Source of the DNA: Promethearchaeota archaeon
GTDB taxonomy: Archaea; Asgardarchaeota; Lokiarchaeia; Sigyniarchaeales; SOKP01
NCBI GenBank assembly: GCA_048940645.1
Contig: JBHLOI010000027.1
Location: forward strand, 1 to 48,182
Length of the DNA: 48,182 nt
Reading direction: 5' to 3'
The notes below the pieces were generated by a model, which saw nothing but the letters and a program-made list of their open reading frames with translations, was not told where the DNA came from and ran no database searches. Below are positions 28,594 to 38,528 of this stretch, piece by piece. Positions within the stretch are counted from its first letter, which is position 1; each line of letters begins with the position of its first letter. The position numbers and the translations under genes were made by a program.

Positions 28594-30642
28594 ACGGCTC
28601 AAATAAGCGGTGTTGTGGTCCCATCACTCACATTCTATAATAAAGAAAACGAAATAAATATAGAGATACAATCATTATTAATTCGCCATCTTCTTGTTAA
28701 TGGAGCAGATTCAATATACTTATTTGGAGTTACTGGAGATGGTAGGCTATTCTCAAATAATAGAATAGAAAAGATCAAACTCATTAACTTAACCTTAGAA
28801 TTGACAGGTGAAAAAATACCTTTATTAGTAGAAGTACTAGGTAATGAAGTGGAAGAAATAATTGACGATCTCGATGAATTAGGGAAAAAATATGATACCC
28901 TTAATTTGGTAATAGCCCCTCCTTTAATAGAAAAAAAGTTAGATTTAGAATCTTATTTTACAGAAATTTTTGATTCGATTAGTATTAAAAATTATATTTT
29001 TTTATCTAATAATCCTAAAGGATTTACTAGAAATGAACTAAATCCTAAATTTATTAAAAAATTATTGGATATTCCAAATTTTTCTGGATTCATTGATTCA
29101 TTTGATAATATCAATAATAGCAAATTATATATTCAAATGATTAGTCAAAATTTTTCTCTATTATGTGGAAAAGAGGAAAACTTTCAAAAATTTCTCCAAT
29201 TAATTCCCTTAAACTTGCGAAAATATTGTGGAATATTACCTAAAATTGGTAATCTAGTAAATATCGCTTCAAAATTATATTTTTGTGCGATTGAAGATAA
29301 AATTTTAGATTTACACCAAATACAAGACCAATTAAATGATGTTAGAAATAATATTTATGACTTTAAAATAGACAAGGGAAAAGAGGAAAGAGGTTTAAAA
29401 TATGCTTTTCTTTATTTATATAAGGATATCATTCAAACTTCTATTGAAGATCACTATAATATAACTCCTGAACTTAATAGAGAATTAGATCAAATTTCTA
29501 AAGGAAGAATACAAGCAACAGTAAATTATTTACTGAATCAAAAAGCAATATATCAACTGTATTCTCTTGGTAAAGAGGAAATCTATCAACTAGATGATAT
29601 TATAAACACATTTTCCAATATTGAAGTTTTAATTAAACAGGGGAAACTCAAAAAAATAATAGGCCCCTATGATGCAGAAACAAATACAATATATCGTGTT
29701 AATTTTGAAAATAGTCAATTGATTTTTAGATTTAGAACTTTAAAATCGTTTAAATATGAAAATCTAATTAAAGAAAAGGTTTTATTTCCTCTTTTAGATG
29801 GCTCTTTAAACCCAAATTTAGGAAATTTTAGAGAAAAAGTTAAAGAAATAATTGCAGTTAAAAAAGGGGATTATATTTTTAAAAAAGATAATCCTTCTAT
29901 AATACCAGTGGGTAACTTAATTTATTATGATGAAACCAAACAGCTTATTCCTTATTTATTTTCAATACAAGAATATATCCATGGAAAATCTTTAAAGAAT
30001 TTGTATGATAAATATAAAGGGGAGATTTTTAGTTTTAACAAATCAAAGTTCCTTAATCTATTTGCTGAAATAGGAGAAATATTAGGAAAGCTACATAACA
30101 TAAAATTCAATTCATTTCAACCTGATATTTACAATCTCGGCAAAGAGACAAAAAGTAATTGGTTAGAAATTATTAATTCGGAATTCGAAAATCAAATTCA
30201 AGAAGCAAAAAAATATAAATTTAATCAAGAGGAGGAATTAAGGGATTTTTTAAAGGAACATCTATATTTACTAGAAAATGAAACTGAACCCGTTTTAATC
30301 CATAATGACTTTCAATGGAAGAATATTATTATTAAAGATGATCCAACAAAATTTCAAATAAGAGGAATAATAGACTTTGATAAATGGAGGATAGGGGTAC
30401 GAGCACAAGATTTTGTGAGAATGGAAAATACCACGTTTAGAACCATTAATCAAAAAGATATAAAACTCAAATTTTATGAGGGTTATCAAAAATATTGTAA
30501 TATTGATGAGAATTTTTATAAAAAGATTGATATATATTCTCTATTGTCATGTATGAAAGGATATAACAATGCAATGCTAAATCAAGGCAATGCAGATTTC
30601 TTACTAGCTGAAATTAAACATAAATTAAATATTTATTATTAA
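28594..30642 (+). CDS. Fusion: degenerate DapA-like TIM barrel + APH/choline-kinase-like phosphotransferase (start ACG 28594 or GTG 28615)
   Basis: N-terminus ISGVVVPSLTFY...GADSIYLFGVTGDG; C-terminus LIHNDFQWKNII, GIIDFD. Confidence 0.8.
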   Translation, partial: TAQISGVVVPSLTFYNKENEINIEIQSLLIRHLLVNGADSIYLFGVTGDGRLFSNNRIEKIKLINLTLELTGEKIPLLVEVLGNEVEEIIDDLDELGKKYDTLNLVIAPPLIEKKLDLESYFTEIFDSISIKNYIFLSNNPKGFTRNELNPKFIKKLLDIPNFSGFIDSFDNINNSKLYIQMISQNFSLLCGKEENFQKFLQLIPLNLRKYCGILPKIGNLVNIASKLYFCAIEDKILDLHQIQDQLNDVRNNIYDFKIDKGKEERGLKYAFLYLYKDIIQTSIEDHYNITPELNRELDQISKGRIQATVNYLLNQKAIYQLYSLGKEEIYQLDDIINTFSNIEVLIKQGKLKKIIGPYDAETNTIYRVNFENSQLIFRFRTLKSFKYENLIKEKVLFPLLDGSLNPNLGNFREKVKEIIAVKKGDYIFKKDNPSIIPVGNLIYYDETKQLIPYLFSIQEYIHGKSLKNLYDKYKGEIFSFNKSKFLNLFAEIGEILGKLHNIKFNSFQPDIYNLGKETKSNWLEIINSEFENQIQEAKKYKFNQEEELRDFLKEHLYLLENETEPVLIHNDFQWKNIIIKDDPTKFQIRGIIDFDKWRIGVRAQDFVRMENTTFRTINQKDIKLKFYEGYQKYCNIDENFYKKIDIYSLLSCMKGYNNAMLNQGNADFLLAEIKHKLNIYY

Positions 30643-31001
30643 TTCTTTTGCTCATATATAACACAAACCATTACTGAAAATTTCCAAGGAGTTTTTGCTC
30701 CATTATAAACTAATGATTTGACTTCTTCCGAAGGTTCCTCCCCAAAAAAATCTTTAAAAACCTTCCAAGCAATTTTTCCTATAGAATCGTCATTCTCTAA
30801 AATCCTATCAAAGTTTTCTTTTATTCCTGCCCAATAAATTCTTTTTTTATCCATAATATTTTTTAATTCTGATAATCCAAGTAGTTTTTCTAATACTAAA
30901 TTTTTAGAAATATCTGGAAAATATTGACTGAATTGCTTTGAAATCTCTTCTGGAATTCCGAGCTTTCTATCAAATAAAAAAACCAATCCTATCGCTTTCA
31001 T
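30639..31001 (-). CDS. Hypothetical protein
   Basis: 120-aa ATG-started ORF filling the gap, with protein-like composition. Confidence 0.7.
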   Translation of the reverse strand: MKAIGLVFLFDRKLGIPEEISKQFSQYFPDISKNLVLEKLLGLSELKNIMDKKRIYWAGIKENFDRILENDDSIGKIAWKVFKDFFGEEPSEEVKSLVYNGAKTPWKFSVMVCVIYEQKN

Positions 31002-31188
31002 ATTAATAAAACTGAAATTTTATTTTGATATTTTGATGCAATATAAAGCTTTTATTATTATTTTAGGTTATATCTCATAAAAAAAATATAAATCTAATTT
31101 ATTTATTAATTGAATTAATTTTATTTTAAAATTGGTTTTTTAAAATTAAAATTAATTCAATATTTTGAAATCTCCTATGTGGATTTAA

Positions 31189-32025
31189 ATGAAAATTTTG
31201 TATGTGACCGATATCCATGGTATTAAATGGAAATATGAGCAAATATATCGTAAAGCATTATCTTTAAAAGCGGATCTGGTAATTAATGGTGGTGATATGT
31301 TGCCCTTTGGAGACTTTCTAAAACAGGATGACTTTATAATTAATTTTCTTAACAATTATTTCTCAAGATTTGAAGAAGCAAAAATATATTATTTAGGGAT
31401 GATGGGGAATGATGACTTATTAATTTTTGACGATCTTTTTGAAAAAATCTGTAATAAGTACCATCATATCCATTCGATTGCCCAGAGAAGATTTAAATTT
31501 GACAAATTTGAAATTATTGGAATGAACTGGGTCACGGACTTACCATTTGCTTTAAAAGATCGAGCTAGAAAAGATACCAGTAATTTTATTTTTCCAAAAC
31601 AACTTGGAACACCAGTTATTTCTTCTCCAAATGGATGGATAACAATAAAAGATTGGTATTCGTATGTGGAAAATTTACGTACAATTGAAGAAGAACTTAA
31701 AGATTTAGTAATTCCAGATAAGATGGACAATACCATTTATGTATTTCATATGCCCCCCATTAATTTAGGACTTGATATTTGTCATGATGGTCGTAAAGTT
31801 GGATCAAAGGCAATTTATGACTTTATAAAAGAAAGACAGCCAAAAATAACACTCCATGGCCATATTCATGAAAGTCCAAAGATTTCTGGACAATGGTATT
31901 CGTTTTTAGATAAAACTTTGTGCATACAACCAGGGCAATCATTATTTTTTGAAAAAAATATGATATATTGTATTATAGATACAGAAAAAATGAATTATAA
32001 GCGATTAAGCCTTAAGAAAATATAA
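31189..32025 (+). CDS. Metallophosphoesterase (Icc-related)
   Basis: TDIHG, GGD, GNDD, HMPP, HGHIHE. Confidence 0.9.
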   Translation: MKILYVTDIHGIKWKYEQIYRKALSLKADLVINGGDMLPFGDFLKQDDFIINFLNNYFSRFEEAKIYYLGMMGNDDLLIFDDLFEKICNKYHHIHSIAQRRFKFDKFEIIGMNWVTDLPFALKDRARKDTSNFIFPKQLGTPVISSPNGWITIKDWYSYVENLRTIEEELKDLVIPDKMDNTIYVFHMPPINLGLDICHDGRKVGSKAIYDFIKERQPKITLHGHIHESPKISGQWYSFLDKTLCIQPGQSLFFEKNMIYCIIDTEKMNYKRLSLKKI

Positions 32026-32039
32026 GGTTTTATATAAAA

Positions 32040-32453
32040 TTACCAAAATGCTTTTTGAAATTTCTTAATTGTTTCTTCTAAACTATCTTCGATTTCTTTC
32101 TCAAAATTAGAAAAAATAGATATATCACCATCCCAATTGTTTAAGATTTCATCTGGATATAATTCAAAAAACCTAAATACTATACTCTTCAACTCAACGA
32201 AAACTTTCTTTTCTTTTACTTTTTTTGATGAGTTTGCAATAAATAAAAATCCCCTTCTTTTTAATAGGGTAAATCTCTTATTCTGTAATTCAAAATTAGA
32301 CAAACCATTATTAGTTATTTCTTCAGCAAAAGTATTTAATGCGCTCATTAAACTTCCAAAAAGCTGATCATCAACTTTTTCATCATAAACTCGGTGATAT
32401 AAAACAATTCCTCCCTCAGAGAGAACCCAAACATCTTGTAAAACTTTAACCAT
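32040..32453 (-). CDS. Longin-like domain protein (true start ATG 32453)
   Basis: VWVLSEGGIVLYHR...DDQLFGSLMSALNTFAEEI...FFELY...WDGD fits the longin-type beta-beta-alpha-beta-beta-beta-alpha-alpha pattern; AGGTGG SD before the ATG. Confidence 0.72.
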   Translation of the reverse strand: MVKVLQDVWVLSEGGIVLYHRVYDEKVDDQLFGSLMSALNTFAEEITNNGLSNFELQNKRFTLLKRRGFLFIANSSKKVKEKKVFVELKSIVFRFFELYPDEILNNWDGDISIFSNFEKEIEDSLEETIKKFQKAFW

Positions 32454-32500
32454 AGAGTCCACCTGTTCTATAAATTTAAATAAAAAAATGGTAACAATCA

Positions 32501-33256
32501 TTATTTGCTTTTTGGACGAATATATCCAAAGAATGCGCCAAGAATCCCAAAAATCACAAAGATCCATGCTAAATAGTAAAAAATTGAAAAAGAGTATTCT
32601 TCTCCTCCAAATAAAATAAGTAATCTGTCAACTAAGAAGTTTAATGGAACTAAAATGAAGAAAATAGACATTAAAGCTAATGCTAAAAAGGCATTTTTAA
32701 ACACTTTTTCTTCTGTTGATTTATAGGATGTATAAGAGCGGATGAAAAATGGAATGTAGATCATTGTTATGTATAGAAATACAAAAAGGAATGCAATTGC
32801 ATCTAATAACGTATTTCCTCTTTCATAAATTATCAACGAATAAATTGCAGTCAATGCTCCAAAAATTATTACAAAATATTTTTGAATTTTATTATATCCT
32901 TTTTCAAATACATTTACTTTAAGTATATACGATATAAATATAGCTATTGCAAAAAATGTAAAACTAATCCTGAAATCGACTATTCTTAGCAATATCCATG
33001 ATAGTGGGGTGCCAGGGTCAGTTGCGCTTTCATTGTAAACATATTCTAAGCCCGAGTATAAAGCCAAAACTTTAGAGAGCCATGAAAAAATTATTGCTAA
33101 CATAAAATTTAAGAATATTATAAATAAGTATAATGTTAATCGATGTCTTTTTTGATAATATTTTATCATAATCAAAACTAATACGACTAATGCTATGACA
33201 ATAATAACTGATTCAAAGACCATACCAATAAATTGTTTCTCAATCTGAAATTGCAT
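32501..33256 (-). CDS. Seven-TM membrane protein
   Basis: Seven hydrophobic segments by eye, with basic loops after TM1, TM3, TM5 and TM7. Confidence 0.78.
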   Translation of the reverse strand: MQFQIEKQFIGMVFESVIIVIALVVLVLIMIKYYQKRHRLTLYLFIIFLNFMLAIIFSWLSKVLALYSGLEYVYNESATDPGTPLSWILLRIVDFRISFTFFAIAIFISYILKVNVFEKGYNKIQKYFVIIFGALTAIYSLIIYERGNTLLDAIAFLFVFLYITMIYIPFFIRSYTSYKSTEEKVFKNAFLALALMSIFFILVPLNFLVDRLLILFGGEEYSFSIFYYLAWIFVIFGILGAFFGYIRPKSK

Positions 33257-33442
33257 AGTTATACATTTATTTATTAAAATTTTGTTAAAATATCAATAAA
33301 GCATAATTATTTATATTTTAAGTTTTAGAAAATAGCTTTTATTCAAACCATCTTGACTCTTAGAAACTTATCTTAAAGAATAAACTCTTAATTCATGTTT
33401 TATTTTATACAATATATATTCTAATTTAACACTCAAAACAAA

Positions 33443-34366
33443 ATGAGACATAATAATATAGAATTGGACCTTGCGGCTGAACTGGTAAAAACTGCAACAG
33501 ATATTACAGAGTGGTTTAGAGCAAAAGGTTTTAAATCATTTCAAAAGGAAGATCAGTCTCCAGTTACCTTAGCAGATTATGCTTCTCAATTATTTATTGT
33601 TAAAAAATTAAGAGAAAAATTCCCAAACGATCAGATTATAGCTGAAGAAAGTTTTAGTTCGTATATTGACAATAATGTTCAAAAAATTATAAAAAGATGT
33701 TATAGATCATTGGAATTAGATTTAATCGAAGATTTTGAAAGAATTCTAAATTATAGAGGTCCTTATTCACCACGTCAATGGACCGTAGATCCTATAGATG
33801 GGACGAAGGGGTTTCAAAAGAATTTATCTTATGCTGTAGGGATAGGCTTTATGATCAATTCAGAATTGATTGCTGCTGCTATTGGGGTACCTAATTACAA
33901 TGAGAAAGGAAGAGCATTATTTATTGCGGAGAAAAATCAAGGTACAAGAGCTTCTTATGGTGAGGAGGATTTTATATCAGTAAGTGTTACAGATAAAAAA
34001 AATATTAAGAAAGCAAAAATGTGTCATTCTTTACATTATGATGAGCCATGGGTTACAGAATTTGCCCATGCAGCCGAAATTAATAACTTTATTCAAATTG
34101 ATAGCATGGCAAAATTTTGTATGGTTGCTGATGGTACTGCTGATTTATATATTAAACCTATGGATAAAAATAGATCTTTTTCATGGGATTTTTTACCAGG
34201 GATGTTAATGGTTAATGAAGCAGGAGGGATTGTATCAGATCTAAAAGGGAATAATATAAAGTTTAATAATGAAAAATGTATAATTACAGCACCTGGACTT
34301 GTAGCATCCAATGGAAATTTGCATGAAGAGATATTAAAATATCTAAAAGATATAGATTTTTATTAA
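33443..34366 (+). CDS. Inositol monophosphatase family, 3'(2'),5'-bisphosphate nucleotidase-like
   Basis: SPVTLADYASQ, AEE, WTVDPIDGTKGF, WD...EAGG. Confidence 0.88.
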   Translation: MRHNNIELDLAAELVKTATDITEWFRAKGFKSFQKEDQSPVTLADYASQLFIVKKLREKFPNDQIIAEESFSSYIDNNVQKIIKRCYRSLELDLIEDFERILNYRGPYSPRQWTVDPIDGTKGFQKNLSYAVGIGFMINSELIAAAIGVPNYNEKGRALFIAEKNQGTRASYGEEDFISVSVTDKKNIKKAKMCHSLHYDEPWVTEFAHAAEINNFIQIDSMAKFCMVADGTADLYIKPMDKNRSFSWDFLPGMLMVNEAGGIVSDLKGNNIKFNNEKCIITAPGLVASNGNLHEEILKYLKDIDFY

Positions 34367-35451
34367 ATTGCCACAAAATTAATTAAATTAGTTTGTTTTA
34401 CATTTATATCCTTTTTAAGGTTTGATAATTTGATTCCAACTAATCTAACTTTTTTATTTTGTCTTAAAAATTCATTCAATAATTCTAACACAGTTTTCAA
34501 GACCTTATCTTTATTTAGAATATGGTAGGAAAAAGATTTAGAACGTGTATATGTCAAAAATCCTCTTAAACGTATCTTTAATGTTATTGTTCTGTAGTAT
34601 ATTTTTTCATCCTCCAATTTTTTATGAATTTTATTATTAATTTCATCCAATTTAGAAAATATTAACTTAAAATCGTCAGTATCCTCAAAAAATGTTCTTT
34701 CTTTACTTATTGATTTCCTATCTTCATGAAATTCTTTTACTTCTCTTTTATCAAGACCATTAGCTATTTTCCAAATCCATTCTCCATATTTTCCAAATTT
34801 TTTAATTATTTTATTGAGTGGGGTTTTAATAATATCTCCTATAACGAAAATTCCATTTTTATTGTAATAGATTTTCGATTTTTTACCTATTCCTGGGATG
34901 CGAGTAATTTCTAAATCTTTTAAAAAAATTTGAATATGAGATGGTTCAACAACCGTTATACCATCTGGTTTTTCATAATCTGAAGCAATTTTTGCTATTG
35001 ATTTTGTGGGACCGATCCCAACAGATAGTGTAATCCCAACTTTATTGAGTATTTCTTCTTTTAGCTTTAACGCATGCATTTTAGCTTCAAGATAATTTTT
35101 ACAAATATCAGACACATCTAAATATGCTTCATCAATCCCAACTTGTTCAAAAGTAGGAGAATAGTTTTTAATGATATCCATTACTTGATCTGAGACTTCA
35201 TAATATTTTTTAGAACTTGGATATAAATAAATCCCATGAGGACATAATTTATATGCTTTAGAAATTGGCATAGCAGAATGAAGACCATATTTTCTGGCCT
35301 TATAATTACAAGTACTCACTACACCCCTACCTTTTCCCCCTTTGGGGTCCGCTCCTATAATAATAGGTTTTCCCTTTAATTCAGGATTATCACGTTCTTC
35401 AACTGCGGCAAAAAAACAATCTAGATCACAGTGAAATATTATCCGATTCAT
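34363..35451 (-). CDS. dinB: DNA polymerase IV (Y family)
   Basis: HCDLDCFFAAVE, STCNYKARKYG, GIDEAYLD, AKIASDYEKPDG. Confidence 0.96.
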   Translation of the reverse strand: MNRIIFHCDLDCFFAAVEERDNPELKGKPIIIGADPKGGKGRGVVSTCNYKARKYGLHSAMPISKAYKLCPHGIYLYPSSKKYYEVSDQVMDIIKNYSPTFEQVGIDEAYLDVSDICKNYLEAKMHALKLKEEILNKVGITLSVGIGPTKSIAKIASDYEKPDGITVVEPSHIQIFLKDLEITRIPGIGKKSKIYYNKNGIFVIGDIIKTPLNKIIKKFGKYGEWIWKIANGLDKREVKEFHEDRKSISKERTFFEDTDDFKLIFSKLDEINNKIHKKLEDEKIYYRTITLKIRLRGFLTYTRSKSFSYHILNKDKVLKTVLELLNEFLRQNKKVRLVGIKLSNLKKDINVKQTNLINFVAI

Positions 35452-35606
35452 TTTTTATGCATAGAGATTTGGAAAAAGAATCAAAATATCAACAGATTTT
35501 ATATATTAATATAATATAAAAAAAAAAAGACTTCAGAGAATTTTTAAAATACTCTATTAGGTATTATGGTACACATCTTTTTAATTAATTTTTTATTTAT
35601 TATCAT

Positions 35607-36281
35607 ATGTCTAAAGAAAAAGAAAGTTTATTTAGAACTGAAGTCGTATGGGGTGCAAAAACAATATATAAAAAGGGTTTAGTAGATACTGGGGAAGGGA
35701 ATGTAAGTGTAAGATACGGAAAAAAGGAGGAATTGTTTATCACTCCCTCCTTTAATAATTATGAAACTTTAACAGAAGAACAAATTGTACATATGAATTT
35801 TGATGGAACCCCTTTAAGTAAAGGAAAATTACCTTCTACTGAAGTAAAAATGCACTCTCTTATTTATAGATCCCGTTCAAAAGTTCATGCAGTAATACAT
35901 ACTCATTCACCTTATGCAACTATGCTTTCAGTCAACCAAATGAATATACCTATTATAATGGAGGAACAAATCGCATTTTTAGGAGGCTCAATCGATATAT
36001 CTTCATTTGGAGAAGCACATACAGAAGAAGTAGGAGAAGCTGCTCTTAAGGCATTAGGAATTAAAAATGGAGCACTTTTAGCTAACCATGGAGTAATTGT
36101 TTGTGGAAAATCAGTAGAACATGCTGTAAAATTTGCTGAATTAGTTGAAAAACTTGCAAAAATATATTGGGGTGCCTTACAAGTCGGTAAACCTAAAGTA
36201 ATATCCGCAGACCAGCATGTTAAATTCAATAGGCTATTTGAAAGTCTGTTTGCAAATTACCCTCGGACAATGCAAAAATAA
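35607..36281 (+). CDS. Class II aldolase/adducin family (FucA-like)
   Basis: GNVSVR, PSTEVKMH, HTHSPYA, LANHG. Confidence 0.9.
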   Translation: MSKEKESLFRTEVVWGAKTIYKKGLVDTGEGNVSVRYGKKEELFITPSFNNYETLTEEQIVHMNFDGTPLSKGKLPSTEVKMHSLIYRSRSKVHAVIHTHSPYATMLSVNQMNIPIIMEEQIAFLGGSIDISSFGEAHTEEVGEAALKALGIKNGALLANHGVIVCGKSVEHAVKFAELVEKLAKIYWGALQVGKPKVISADQHVKFNRLFESLFANYPRTMQK

Positions 36282-36302
36282 AGATTTTTAAACTTCATAA
36301 TT

Positions 36303-37133
36303 ATGGAATTAGGTATAAGTAGTTTAGGATTTATTATTGAGTTGGGGGAATTAAATAAGTATAAAAATGTTTTAGATTTGCTATTTGATTCTACAGAGGC
36401 ATGCCTTAATGCCGCTGAACTTAGTAATATAAAAGTTGTAGAATTAGTAATTGATCCTCCAATAATTTTAAATGGTGAAAGAATGAATGAATTTAGTGAA
36501 TTAATAAAGTCCTATAAAATTAAAAAACAAATTCATGGCCCTTTCATAGATATAAATCTTTGTTCTCATAATGATATTATATTAACTGCTTCAATTAAAT
36601 CATATATTGAAATGGCTAAAATTTGTAATGATATTAATGCTAAAATGATGACTATTCATCCTGGTTTGGCTAATTTTATGATTTCCTCCATAAGAGAATA
36701 TAACAAAATTCAATTGACAAAAGCAATTAATCAATTACTAAATTTTACATCTAATTATGACTTAATGATCTGTTTAGAAAACATGCCGAAGAAAGCAGAT
36801 ATCATGTTAGATACGGCAGATATTGAGGAAATTTTCTCAAATATTAATCGTAATGATCTTTATATGACTTATGATACAAGTCATTTTTATACAAACGATG
36901 GTAATGTAGAATTATTATGGAAAAAATTACATAAAAAAATAAAAAATATTCATTTAGTAGATAACTTCACTAAAGATTCTGATACTCATCCACCATTAGG
37001 GAAAGGAAAAATAAATTTTAATAGAATATTTGAAATAATTAAGAGTTATAATTATAAAGGACCTTTAATAATTGAAATTTCCTCATTTAAGCATCTACAA
37101 GAGAGCATAAATTTTATAAATAAATATATCTAA
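36303..37133 (+). CDS. Sugar phosphate isomerase/epimerase (xylose isomerase-like TIM barrel)
   Basis: HGPFIDINL, IHPG, LENMP, DTSH, HLVDN...DTHPPLGKG. Confidence 0.87.
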   Translation: MELGISSLGFIIELGELNKYKNVLDLLFDSTEACLNAAELSNIKVVELVIDPPIILNGERMNEFSELIKSYKIKKQIHGPFIDINLCSHNDIILTASIKSYIEMAKICNDINAKMMTIHPGLANFMISSIREYNKIQLTKAINQLLNFTSNYDLMICLENMPKKADIMLDTADIEEIFSNINRNDLYMTYDTSHFYTNDGNVELLWKKLHKKIKNIHLVDNFTKDSDTHPPLGKGKINFNRIFEIIKSYNYKGPLIIEISSFKHLQESINFINKYI

Positions 37134-37220
37134 TTAATGTGATTAATAATATAGAACGCAAAACAAATATTATCTATAATACAAATTATTTATGTTTCCA
37201 AACCAAAGGAGAATTAAGAG

Positions 37221-37613
37221 ATGAAAATAATATCCCTACAAATTAATGACGATTTATTAGAAAGATTTGAACGTGTTCGATTTCAAAGTGGATTTAATTC
37301 TAAAAGTGAAGCTCTTAGAGATGCAATTATAAAATTTATTGAAATTAAGGAAAAATTTGAAAATATGGAAGGATATAAAATAATGACAATCAATTTAGTT
37401 TATCCGTTTAAAGATGTAATTGCAGATGAAGTTTCCGAAATTTATAATAGATTTCATTTAATTATAAAGGCTATTACAGATTGGAGAATTGCTGAAAAGA
37501 AAATTGAGGTAATTTTAGTTGTTGGAGATTTCCTTAGTATAAAAGATTTATATAATAATATCGCAAAAATCAAGGATGTAATCTGCTCTATCCATGAAAT
37601 TATCATTGATTAG
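37221..37613 (+). CDS. NikR-like ribbon-helix-helix regulator
   Basis: N-terminal RHH (IISLQINDDLLERF...SKSEALRDAI) plus ACT-like C-terminus. Confidence 0.82.
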   Translation: MKIISLQINDDLLERFERVRFQSGFNSKSEALRDAIIKFIEIKEKFENMEGYKIMTINLVYPFKDVIADEVSEIYNRFHLIIKAITDWRIAEKKIEVILVVGDFLSIKDLYNNIAKIKDVICSIHEIIID

Positions 37614-37615
37614 AT

Positions 37616-38470
37616 TTAATCAAAACGAAGGGATAAATCTACTTGTGTGGATGGAAATTGTGTTAAATTACCTATACTAATAATATCTGGTTCTGCGATG
37701 ATATAATCAACTATTGTTTCCTTATTAATACCTCCTGATACTTCAATTATTACATTATCACGTAATTTATGGTTTCGCAAAATTGTAATGGCATCTTCCA
37801 CTTGATCAGGAGACATATTATCAAGCATTATAATATCTGCTCCATTTTTTGCTGCAATTAAGACATCATCAACATTTTCAATTTCAATTTCAATTTTTTT
37901 TGAGAAACTTGCTTTTGTTTTAACTTCTACTAGTAATTTCTTCACATCTCCGTTATAATATTTTAAATGTGTGTCTTTTAATATTATCATATCATCTAGA
38001 GAGAAGCGATGTGTTTCCCCTCCTCCCATTAAAACAGCTTTCTTTTCAAATATTCGAAGTCCTGGAGTAGTTTTACGTGTAGCTGCAATCTTCACATTCT
38101 TTCCAGAGGCTTTTACTAGATTTACATATTCTCGAGTAGTTGTAGTAATAGCACTCATATGAGTAGCTAAATTTAACCCTACCCTTTCTCCAATTAAAAT
38201 ATTTTTGGTATTACCTTTTAACTCTAAGACAATATCTCCTTTCTCAATACTTTCCCCATCTTTTTTTTTGAAATTAATATCTACCTTTAAAATTTCAAAG
38301 AGTATTGCTAGTTCTTCTAAACCAGAAATAAAACCATTACTCTTAGTAATAATTTTAGCACTAACTGTTGAGTTGTCTGGTATAAAATTAGATGAAACAT
38401 CAATAAAATTGCAGTCTTCCTCGATAAATTCTCTTATCTTCCTTTCAATAATTAATCGATTAAAACTCAT
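37616..38470 (-). CDS. nadC: Nicotinate-nucleotide pyrophosphorylase (quinolinate phosphoribosyltransferase)
   Basis: ATRKTTPGLR, HRFSLDD, KDTH, IMLDNM, EVSGGI. Confidence 0.95.
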   Translation of the reverse strand: MSFNRLIIERKIREFIEEDCNFIDVSSNFIPDNSTVSAKIITKSNGFISGLEELAILFEILKVDINFKKKDGESIEKGDIVLELKGNTKNILIGERVGLNLATHMSAITTTTREYVNLVKASGKNVKIAATRKTTPGLRIFEKKAVLMGGGETHRFSLDDMIILKDTHLKYYNGDVKKLLVEVKTKASFSKKIEIEIENVDDVLIAAKNGADIIMLDNMSPDQVEDAITILRNHKLRDNVIIEVSGGINKETIVDYIIAEPDIISIGNLTQFPSTQVDLSLRFD

Positions 38471-38528
38471 ATTTTTGAAGGAAATTATATATGGTATTAT
38501 TATTATAGATTAAACCTTAAATAAAATT

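Noticed and set aside
32454-32567. N-terminal extension of the longin-like ORF given in the track
   Set aside because: It overlaps the upstream 7TM gene; the SD and domain start support ATG 32453.
37146-37173. ATAATAT-N14-ATATTAT as an operator for the NikR-like gene
   Set aside because: An all-AT repeat in AT-rich DNA; too likely by chance.
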